A DNA stretch of 31,742 bases from a virus (Duplodnaviria; Caudoviricetes). The stretch lies in IMG/VR virus record IMGVR_UViG_3300037604_000004, positions 1 to 31,742 of that record; one strand, written 5' to 3'. Each line of letters opens with the position of its first letter. Within the stretch, counting starts at the first letter, position 1. A model generated the notes under the pieces. The model was not told the origin of the DNA. It saw nothing but the letters and a program-made list of their open reading frames with translations, and searched no databases. Shown in pieces: positions 9,001 to 15,851 of the stretch. Position numbers and translations under genes: made by a program.

Positions 9001-9113
9001 AACTATACTTTTGTATAGTTGACTATACTTTTGCATAGCCGAATCATATCCGAATCGATAGGCTATACGTTTGCACCCGTCAACCTATACGAAAGAGAGC
9101 TTGACTATACTTT
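9001..9113. repeat. CTATAC(TTT) repeat cluster
   Basis: Five CTATAC copies; 9001-9020 is the hairpin AACTATAC-TTTT-GTATAGTT. Confidence 0.75.
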
Positions 9114-9138
9114 GGAGTAGAATCACTAAACATGTTGG

Positions 9139-9291
9139 TATTCTTATATGTTAATATCTGTATATCTTAATATCTGCATATGTATATATCTAAATATGTA
9201 TATATCTAAATATGTATATATTAACATATAAGAATATTAGAATATGTAAATATCAAGATATGTGGATATTAGAATATGTAAATATCAAGAT
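9139..9291. repeat. AT-rich repeat block (19-bp inverted repeat, 16-bp and 26-bp direct repeats)
   Basis: TATTCTTATATGTTAATAT (9139-9157) is inverted at 9218-9236; ATATTAGAATATGTAAATATCAAGAT at 9234-9259 and 9266-9291; ~8-bp ATAT periodicity. Confidence 0.9.
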
Positions 9292-9307
9292 GTCAAAATG
9301 TTTACTG

Positions 9308-9423
9308 ACCCCCCCAGTGGAAAATGAGCACCCCCGCCAGTGGAAATTAAGGTGACCCCGCCAGTGGAAATTAGTCGCAGCGCAGCGAGAATATTTTAGG
9401 GCTTGACCCCGCCAGTGGAAAAT
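9308..9423 (+). repeat. Four direct repeats ACCCC(C/G)CCAGTGGAAA
   Basis: Copies at about 9308, 9330, 9355 and 9406. Confidence 0.9.
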
Positions 9424-9431
9424 GCTAGAAA
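9403..9431 (+). promoter_or_regulatory. Sigma70-type promoter for the rightward early operon
   Basis: TTGACC-17-TAGAAA; the spacer is the fourth CCAGTGGAAA repeat; GAATC follows at 9433. Confidence 0.55.
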
Positions 9432-9460
9432 CGAATCAACAAACGTAGAGAGGAAGTAAA

Positions 9461-9649
9461 ATGACTACCAACGAACTTAAGATCATCGCACAAGACATCG
9501 GCCTCAAGATTGTAGTGGCAGCAGGTGGTGGCTGGTGGCTCACCAAGGCAGATGGCTCTGACGTATGGGAAGACGACAATTTCTGTGCTACCCGTTGTGA
9601 AATCGAGTACAAGCTGGGTCGGTACAAAGCTGAACTTAGCTGGTCGTAA
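9461..9649 (+). CDS. Hypothetical protein
   Basis: GAGGA RBS; first gene of the co-oriented array. Confidence 0.75.
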   Translation: MTTNELKIIAQDIGLKIVVAAGGGWWLTKADGSDVWEDDNFCATRCEIEYKLGRYKAELSWS

Positions 9650-9665
9650 CAAGGAGACCCCACCG

Positions 9666-9956
9666 ATGGAAATGATTATCCGTGAAATACAAGCTATCCA
9701 ACACGACATGAAAGTTATGTTGTCCCATGCAGACAACTATAAAGATGATGCTGATCGTGGTATCAACGTGAGCTACACTCAGCAACAAGAGGGTGCTACC
9801 AAACAACAACAGATTGACGGTCTGGTCTATTACCTCATCAATGCAAAACATGATATTGATCGTCTACGTGATGATATGAAAGAAGTGCTTGCAAACCTAG
9901 AGAAACTAGTGGATACTGTTGAGTATGAAACATTGGCAGAGGAGATTCGCCTATGA
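9666..9956 (+). CDS. Hypothetical coiled-coil protein (96 aa)
   Basis: AAGGAG RBS before ATG 9666 (ORF-track start 9525 overlaps the previous gene). Confidence 0.75.
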   Translation: MEMIIREIQAIQHDMKVMLSHADNYKDDADRGINVSYTQQQEGATKQQQIDGLVYYLINAKHDIDRLRDDMKEVLANLEKLVDTVEYETLAEEIRL

Positions 9957-10195
9957 CCCGCAAGACAGAAATCCTAGTAGAAGCTGACATCCAGATTTGG
10001 ACTAAAGGCCCAGACAGCCTACAAGAGATCACAGTACGTGACATACCATGCACATGGGACTGGGATGAAAGCTCCCGTGGTGCTGCTGAGGCATGGGCAG
10101 TGCATGATTGGATCGACAACACCTTTGGTGATAACCTTGAGACCTACTGGATACTTTGTGTCGTAGGAACCCCAGTGAAGGGGGAGAAAGAGTAA
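9953..10195 (+). CDS. Hypothetical protein
   Basis: AGGAG RBS, ATGA overlap. Confidence 0.75.
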   Translation: MTRKTEILVEADIQIWTKGPDSLQEITVRDIPCTWDWDESSRGAAEAWAVHDWIDNTFGDNLETYWILCVVGTPVKGEKE

Positions 10196-10413
10196 TGAGT
10201 GCCAAAGAGTATAACATCAACCAAGAGAATAAGCTCTCTGTAGGCGACGAACTGAAAGACAAGAAGAACCAGTATGTCGTCACAAGGCTGATCTACTATT
10301 CCTATCAGCATTCACAATATGCCGAAGATGTAGAGCTTGAGTGCTTGAAAGGACCACATAAAGGTCGTACGATCATTCTCAGCCACGAACTAGCAAAGGG
10401 ATACAAGGTATGA
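10195..10413 (+). CDS. Hypothetical protein (72 aa)
   Basis: TAATG coupling, GGAG RBS. Confidence 0.7.
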   Translation: MSAKEYNINQENKLSVGDELKDKKNQYVVTRLIYYSYQHSQYAEDVELECLKGPHKGRTIILSHELAKGYKV

Positions 10414-10619
10414 ATGATAGGGAACTTTATGAAGAAGTGTTGATGGATTTAGCTGAGATGAAGGTTCTGATTGAACAGTTGTTTGTCTTACTAGATCGAA
10501 CAGAAGAGACTGATGATGGTCGTGTATTCCACCCCAATACAATCCAATCTTGTCGTGCATTAGATGCGGAAAAGATGGGGCAGGTTCTAGGTAAACTGAA
10601 AACAGTGGTGGAGAGATAA
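10410..10619 (+). CDS. Hypothetical protein
   Basis: ATGA overlap with the upstream gene. Confidence 0.7.
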   Translation: MNDRELYEEVLMDLAEMKVLIEQLFVLLDRTEETDDGRVFHPNTIQSCRALDAEKMGQVLGKLKTVVER

Positions 10620-10621
10620 TA

Positions 10622-10807
10622 ATGCTTTATGTAGTCTACTATGAAGATGGTATAGCTTGTGCGATGTTCGTCATAGAAGGTGAAGCAAAACGGTTCATCA
10701 AGTCACAACCAAAAGTTTATAACTACTACTACAAAGAGGTTGATGCTTGGGTAGACTGGATGAGTATTAGGGAAAAAGCTCTTGATGAAGAGATACAATT
10801 AGCTTAG
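10622..10807 (+). CDS. Hypothetical protein
   Basis: GGAG RBS, tight packing. Confidence 0.7.
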   Translation: MLYVVYYEDGIACAMFVIEGEAKRFIKSQPKVYNYYYKEVDAWVDWMSIREKALDEEIQLA

Positions 10808-10848
10808 GTCTTTTTGTAGTTAACCACTTGGAATAAAGGAAGAATCAA

Positions 10849-11079
10849 ATGCAAGAGAATAAGGTCTACAAGGTCGGTATGCTCAATCTGACCTACGGAA
10901 ATGTTAATTACCTTAACACTGGTGACTGGTACACACAAGCAGAAGCTGAACAACGGGCCAATGAGTTGAACGAGACACACCTGCTTGAATGCCAAGCTCT
11001 GGGTTATCACAAGTTCGTAGCATACAACATGCAAGCTGAGTTTAAAGAGAATTACATCTGGAACAACTTTCTTGGTTGA
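10849..11079 (+). CDS. Hypothetical protein
   Basis: AAGGA RBS. Confidence 0.7.
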   Translation: MQENKVYKVGMLNLTYGNVNYLNTGDWYTQAEAEQRANELNETHLLECQALGYHKFVAYNMQAEFKENYIWNNFLG

Positions 11080-11084
11080 GGGTG

Positions 11085-11113
11085 TTGACAAGCTCGACAG
11101 AATCACCTAGATT
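11085..11113 (+). promoter_or_regulatory. Host sigma70 promoter with GANTC in the spacer
   Basis: TTGACA-17 nt ending GAATCACC-TAGATT, intergenic, 36 nt before ATG 11150. Confidence 0.75.
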
Positions 11114-11149
11114 ACTCTTAACAGAAACAAACAAACACAGGAGTGTAAG

Positions 11150-11410
11150 ATGATCAAGAATACTGTAGTCAAGGCTTATGTAGCTGGCAAGAAAGCTACT
11201 GGTCAAATTGGTACTGTGTCGTTCGTCAAAGCTGATGGCACTATCCGCAAGATCAACGGTGTCTTTGCACCTACCAGCAAGATCGTAGGGTCTGACCGTG
11301 GCGTAGCACAAGGCAAAGCTATGGAAGCTCGTGGTCAGGTTCCTATCTTCGACTTGCACGAGATGAAGTGGAAATCGTTCTATGCTGACAAGGTGGTGGA
11401 GTTGAGCTAA
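11150..11410 (+). CDS. SH3/Sm-like beta-barrel protein (WYL_2 / DUF2693-like)
   Basis: FVKADGTIR...IFDLHEMKWKSF pattern; AGGAG RBS. Confidence 0.6.
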   Translation: MIKNTVVKAYVAGKKATGQIGTVSFVKADGTIRKINGVFAPTSKIVGSDRGVAQGKAMEARGQVPIFDLHEMKWKSFYADKVVELS

Positions 11411-11643
11411 TGAAAGACAATCTGTTTGAACGACTACAAGACCTCAGCCTTGGCACTGGTAGCCGTACACCACTAGCTGCAATTCAACGTATCAGTGAAC
11501 TTGAATTTGTACTGAAACGGCTAGAGTGCTGGTTTGACACGGACCAAGAAATTCTAGATGCGATGACGAGTGGTGAGAGGGCTGATCACATGCGACAGTT
11601 AAAGATCATCCGTGATGCACTGGGTGGGGGCAGTGAATCATGA
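11410..11643 (+). CDS. Hypothetical protein
   Basis: TAATG coupling. Confidence 0.7.
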   Translation: MKDNLFERLQDLSLGTGSRTPLAAIQRISELEFVLKRLECWFDTDQEILDAMTSGERADHMRQLKIIRDALGGGSES

Positions 11644-11768
11644 TCTGGGCAATGCTTGTGGCCTATGTGCCAGTGTTTATCGGGATGGCCCTCCAGTGGA
11701 AAAAGGACTATCCCACCCACCCCCCGAAGCGAAAATACTCGTACTATGACAGCCTAATGGGAGAGTAG
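11640..11768 (+). CDS. Small membrane protein (42 aa)
   Basis: ATGA overlap; MIWAMLVAYVPVFIGMALQWKK...; fills the gap to the next gene. Confidence 0.55.
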   Translation: MIWAMLVAYVPVFIGMALQWKKDYPTHPPKRKYSYYDSLMGE

Positions 11769-11772
11769 AAGT

Positions 11773-12156
11773 ATGACCTCACTAATGTGCTTGGCAGTAG
11801 CTGTGTTCTTCGAAGCTAGGGGTGAAACCACTATGGGACAATATGCTGTCGCTGAGGTAGTAATGAATAGAGTTGAAGACCCTCGCTACCCAGACACAGT
11901 ATGTGATGTAGTCTTCGAGGACAGGCAGTTCTCTTTCACCCACGATGGTCGTCCTGATCGACTACCTAGAATACCCACCAGAGCCTCTAGACAGGCCCGT
12001 ACAGTGGCATCTGATGTCCTCGGTGGGTATCGAATGGGAATTAGTTCCACACACTACCATACGGTCTCTGTGGACCCGTTCTGGAATGAACACTTTGAGC
12101 TTGACGGTAAGATAGGGAATCACCTATTCTACACAAACGAAACAAACTACAGATAA
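11773..12156 (+). CDS. Cell wall hydrolase, SleB / Hydrolase_2 family
   Basis: CLAVAVFFEARGE, AVAEVVMNRV, YPDTVCDVV, QFSF, HYH and IGNHLFY motifs. Confidence 0.9.
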   Translation: MTSLMCLAVAVFFEARGETTMGQYAVAEVVMNRVEDPRYPDTVCDVVFEDRQFSFTHDGRPDRLPRIPTRASRQARTVASDVLGGYRMGISSTHYHTVSVDPFWNEHFELDGKIGNHLFYTNETNYR

Positions 12157-12167
12157 GGACTGGTAAA

Positions 12168-12353
12168 TTGCTAGACAAACTCAAGGGTCTGATCCCCGTA
12201 GACCAACACATCAAAGACCTACAGCGTAAGATCGACAACATCTGGTGGGAGAACCCAGACAATGACGACATCGACCTAGACAATATGGAGGCTGAATTGA
12301 AATATTTCTTGTCGTTAAAGGAACGTGGTGAACTCTATGAGCCGACTTGGTAA
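12168..12353 (+). CDS. Hypothetical protein
   Basis: TTG start with AAGGA RBS; ends GELYEPTW. Confidence 0.65.
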   Translation: MLDKLKGLIPVDQHIKDLQRKIDNIWWENPDNDDIDLDNMEAELKYFLSLKERGELYEPTW

Positions 12354-12558
12354 ATATGCTAACAGGGTATTTGTAGCCACCTCGGTCTGGATCAATGTAG
12401 TGACTGGTGGTGCAAGCAACCAAACCTTTAGTGCTAGGAATTGGCACTGGAAGAAGAACAACAAGTTTAATCTGGTCTGGGCTATTGACTTTATCTTAGG
12501 AAAAGATCATTGTGCAGAGTGTTGGATATACTGGAAAGTAAGAGAAGGGAAATGGTAA
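12337..12558 (+). CDS. Hypothetical (possibly membrane-associated) protein
   Basis: NVVTGGASNQTFSAR...IDF...DHC pattern; stop is coupled to the thyX start. Confidence 0.65.
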   Translation: MSRLGKYANRVFVATSVWINVVTGGASNQTFSARNWHWKKNNKFNLVWAIDFILGKDHCAECWIYWKVREGKW

Positions 12559-13274
12559 TGATTAAGGCAACATACATCGACCACATGGGCAGCGACTTGT
12601 CTGTCGTTAACGCAGCACGAGTGAGCTTTGGTAAGAAAAGCACATGGGATGTTGGTCCAATGGAAGAGTACTACCCGACAAAGCTATCTGATCGTGACGA
12701 CAAGCTCATCAAGTACCTAGCCAAGCACAAACACATCTCACCATTCGGTCATGCGTTCGCATCATTCCACGTCAAGGCTCCGATCTTCGTAGCTCGACAG
12801 CTAGTGAAACATAAGTTCCTGCGTTGGAATGAGATCAGCCGTCGATACGTTGATGATGAACCTGAGTTCTATGTGCCTGACGTATGGCGTGGACGTAGTG
12901 CTGACAAGAAGCAGGGTAGTGATGGTGTGATCACAACCAGTTGTGTGTATGACATAGGTGGTGAACTTACACACCCCAAGTTTGCTGCGCTGGATGCCCA
13001 AGTAGCTGCACTGCATATCTATAATGGTATGATTGCAGCAGGAGTAGCCCCTGAGCAAGCCCGTATGGTACTCCCACAGTCCACCATGACTGAGTGGTAC
13101 TGGTCTGGATCACTGGATGCCTTCGCTTCTATGTGCCAGCTACGGTGCAAAACAGACACACAGTATGAGAGCCGCCTAGTAGCTGACCAGATCAGTGAGA
13201 AGATGGGTGAGTTGTTCCCTGTAAGCTGGGAAGCCTTGATGGATCAGGAACGCAGTGACGAGGAAGGAGACTGA
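12558..13274 (+). CDS. thyX: Flavin-dependent thymidylate synthase
   Basis: MGSDLSVVNAARVSF, HISPFGH, APIFVARQLVKH, NEISRRY and EQARMVLP motifs. Confidence 0.95.
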   Translation: MIKATYIDHMGSDLSVVNAARVSFGKKSTWDVGPMEEYYPTKLSDRDDKLIKYLAKHKHISPFGHAFASFHVKAPIFVARQLVKHKFLRWNEISRRYVDDEPEFYVPDVWRGRSADKKQGSDGVITTSCVYDIGGELTHPKFAALDAQVAALHIYNGMIAAGVAPEQARMVLPQSTMTEWYWSGSLDAFASMCQLRCKTDTQYESRLVADQISEKMGELFPVSWEALMDQERSDEEGD

Positions 13275-13275
13275 A

Positions 13276-13539
13276 ATGAGTGACGACCTTGTAAAACAGT
13301 TAAGAACCCCCGTTGGCTACCAAGACTTGCCGTATATTCAGGAACAAGCAGCCGACCGCATCGAAGAACTTGAGGCGAAGTTGGCGAAGGCGGTGCAAAC
13401 TATATCTAAGGTAATGGAGGACGTGAATTGGATGCTAAACGAAAAACGTTTTCTAAATCACCATGTTTTTGATTACCTCGACACCACCCTCGCAGAACTA
13501 AGCAGCGTTAGCTGCGCTAACTCGAAAGGAGAGAAGTGA
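13276..13539 (+). CDS. Hypothetical protein (MSDDLVKQLR...AADRIEELE type)
   Basis: AAGGAG RBS before ATG 13276. Confidence 0.7.
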   Translation: MSDDLVKQLRTPVGYQDLPYIQEQAADRIEELEAKLAKAVQTISKVMEDVNWMLNEKRFLNHHVFDYLDTTLAELSSVSCANSKGEK

Positions 13540-13685
13540 TGCGTTGTAGTTGGGAAATTACTAGCTACTACCGCAGGGGTTCTGAGGATATGAACGTGTG
13601 GACCTGCACACACTGTAAGAAAACTGTGTGGTTAGAAGAGTCAAAGGGGAGACCTTCTACTTGTGGGTTTAAAGGAGAGAAATGA
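13539..13685 (+). CDS. Small Cys-containing protein (48 aa)
   Basis: AAGGAG RBS, TGATG coupling; MRCSW...CTHC...C...KGEK; below ORF cutoff. Confidence 0.6.
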   Translation: MRCSWEITSYYRRGSEDMNVWTCTHCKKTVWLEESKGRPSTCGFKGEK

Positions 13686-14020
13686 TGACCACTGAATACA
13701 AGCTGAACCAACTCATCAAATGGACCGACAAGGACCGAGCCAAAGGGAAATGCCCTGTGCCTGACGGGTCTGTGGTGACTGTGTGGTTTAGCGATGGGAC
13801 AACGGATCATGATTGTGAACCAGAAGAATGGAATTGGGGAGTGGACTGTAACCAAATCACCGCATACCTGATCCACAGCGTCCCACGTGAGCCACTTACG
13901 TTGTGGTATGTTAATGCGGGCGATGGTCCAAGGTGCCTTTTCCATGACAAGGAAAAAGCTGACGATTGGGTTAATAAACAAGGTGGTCGTGTCGTTAAGA
14001 TGGTGGAGGAAATGAAATGA
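13682..14020 (+). CDS. Hypothetical protein
   Basis: AAGGAG RBS; GKCPVPDG...V...WNW...I.AY pattern. Confidence 0.7.
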   Translation: MMTTEYKLNQLIKWTDKDRAKGKCPVPDGSVVTVWFSDGTTDHDCEPEEWNWGVDCNQITAYLIHSVPREPLTLWYVNAGDGPRCLFHDKEKADDWVNKQGGRVVKMVEEMK

Positions 14021-14223
14021 TAGCTGACGTAAACAACATCACGTTAGAGACAGACGAGTTAGGCATCTGGTTGATCCACGAAGAGCCTAACTGGGGAACC
14101 AAAAGCCAGATGGGTCACATTAGCTGGCGTGAGGTAATCACAGGTATTCAGCAGCAGCTACTGCAAGAGAAGTTCATGCTGGTGTTGGCAGAGATGGATA
14201 GGGAGTTGTTAGATGATACGTAA
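14017..14223 (+). CDS. Hypothetical protein
   Basis: GGAGG RBS, ATGA overlap. Confidence 0.7.
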   Translation: MIADVNNITLETDELGIWLIHEEPNWGTKSQMGHISWREVITGIQQQLLQEKFMLVLAEMDRELLDDT

Positions 14224-14533
14224 ACCATACGAGTATAGCCCCTCTGAAGTTAGGTCATTGGAGGACATCGACACTGCAACAGCACTTATGATTGAGGGTT
14301 ATGCACTGGCTTGTACAGACATTATGTGGAAGCTAACTGGTGATTCACCCTGCTCAAAGACATACGACCCCATGGTGATAAATGGTATGAAGGCTCACAG
14401 TTACGCCTTTGACATGAAAGATCACGGAAGACACCACGATCTTACGTTGTATAAGAATGTGGGTGAAATCCTAGAAGACTTACTGAAAGAAACTATTGAG
14501 TGGTTAGAGGAGGTACAGAATGAAAGTACTTGA
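14213..14533 (+). CDS. Hypothetical protein
   Basis: GGAG RBS, overlapping array. Confidence 0.7.
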   Translation: MIRKPYEYSPSEVRSLEDIDTATALMIEGYALACTDIMWKLTGDSPCSKTYDPMVINGMKAHSYAFDMKDHGRHHDLTLYKNVGEILEDLLKETIEWLEEVQNEST

Positions 14534-14759
14534 GCTATTTGCTAAGGCACTAGAGCATGAGTCCATGTGGGAACTGATTGACCACCTCGCAGTGGAACGC
14601 CTAAAGGAGTCTCGTGAGTTACTCATTGAGGATCGTGACAGGCTGACTTGGAGGGCTGACGTAGATGAGTTACCACCACACCAACGTGCTGACTGGGAGG
14701 ACACCGTAATGCTAATCGCTGCGTTCAACAGAGTGATTGAATACTACGGAGGTGAGTGA
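14520..14759 (+). CDS. Hypothetical protein
   Basis: GGAGG RBS. Confidence 0.7.
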   Translation: MKVLELFAKALEHESMWELIDHLAVERLKESRELLIEDRDRLTWRADVDELPPHQRADWEDTVMLIAAFNRVIEYYGGE

Positions 14760-14974
14760 TGATTGATGAACCACTCTATATCGGCATTGAAGGTGTAAAA
14801 GAGAATGAGGATGGGAGTTCTACTTATACCTTCCAGATGAGTGATGAGGTGGCACAAGACATGCAAGCCTTGGGCCTTAAGCTGATCTTACACTGTGGTG
14901 TTATGCAAGTAGACCTACAGGACGTATTCAACTGGATACTTGAACAAGGGAAAGAAGAGAATGCTACTGATTAA
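14756..14974 (+). CDS. Hypothetical protein
   Basis: GGAGG RBS; start is 14756 (GTG) or 14759 (ATG). Confidence 0.7.
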   Translation: MMIDEPLYIGIEGVKENEDGSSTYTFQMSDEVAQDMQALGLKLILHCGVMQVDLQDVFNWILEQGKEENATD

Positions 14975-15152
14975 CCTAGCTGTGTTTGGGAGCCTATTGG
15001 TTTCCCTATACAATATCTACTTTGTCAATAAGCTACAGAAACGACTGCAAAACGCAGAGTTTGCATTGCTGGAGTTAATCTTCGAGAATGACCCAGAGCT
15101 TGCAGAACAACACAAAGAGCTACGGGAGTGGATTAATGCCAAGCATGACTGA
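14961..15152 (+). CDS. Small membrane-anchored protein (63 aa)
   Basis: ATG 14961; N-terminal hydrophobic helix followed by a coiled coil. Confidence 0.6.
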   Translation: MLLINLAVFGSLLVSLYNIYFVNKLQKRLQNAEFALLELIFENDPELAEQHKELREWINAKHD

Positions 15153-15729
15153 AAATGAAATCATCAAGATGTGCCAGAAGGTCGCCTACAAATACAATCG
15201 ACCAGAAGACTTCGAGGACATGGTGCAGGAAGCTATCCTTGCCTGTTATGAGATACTGGCAGTCAAAGATGAACCACACCCAGCAGAGCTTTACAGGGCC
15301 GCACAGAAGCGTGTCTATGACTATGTGAACTTCGATCTACACGGACTGTCTATTCCAGCCTCTGACACGGCTCGTAGCGTCTCTCGTACTGGTGAGGCAG
15401 GTCAGTCATCCTCTTGGTCAGATGAGGCTGTAGAGCACCTCTCTGTCGTTCTAGGAAGCGAATGGGGTGAATATGACGATGAGATGGTTGATGGGAACTA
15501 CAAAGACCCAGAAGAAATCTTGATGGATAAACAGACGCACGACAAACTTGTTGAAACAATTTTTGATGTGTTGTCGGAAGAAGAGATTAAGACCGTTAGG
15601 TTGCGGTTCTACGAAGAAATGACACAAGAAGCTGTAGCTGACCTGCTAGGTTTGACCAAAATGGCTATCAATCTTCGTGAGAAAACGATCCTAAATAAGC
15701 TACGAAAGTCACTCTGTAACAATTTGTGA
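15136..15729 (+). CDS. Phage RNA polymerase sigma factor (sigma70 family, regions 2 and 4)
   Basis: Region 2 EDMVQEAILACYE; region 4 HTH LSEEE...LRFYEEMTQEAVADLLGLTKMAI...LNKLR. Start 15136 has a GGAG RBS. Confidence 0.85.
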   Translation: MPSMTENEIIKMCQKVAYKYNRPEDFEDMVQEAILACYEILAVKDEPHPAELYRAAQKRVYDYVNFDLHGLSIPASDTARSVSRTGEAGQSSSWSDEAVEHLSVVLGSEWGEYDDEMVDGNYKDPEEILMDKQTHDKLVETIFDVLSEEEIKTVRLRFYEEMTQEAVADLLGLTKMAINLREKTILNKLRKSLCNNL

Positions 15730-15758
15730 CTTTACTAAATTGAACTGAGGTGCCTATA
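15729..15758 (+). promoter_or_regulatory. Phage-specific promoter ACTTTACT-N8-CTGAGGTGCCTATA (primase/polymerase operon)
   Basis: Second exact copy; begins on the last base of the sigma gene stop codon. Confidence 0.8.
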
Positions 15759-15851
15759 AGTAAGTGTCAGGCTTACATAAGTTTAAACTTAAGTTTTGAT
15801 CAATAGGATTATTATAATTCTAAAGATTAAAACTTAAGTATAAGGAGAAAC

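Noticed and set aside
9308-9423. CRISPR-like mini-array
   Set aside because: Repeats are about 17 bp with irregular gaps (two of only a few bp), non-palindromic, and there are no cas genes.
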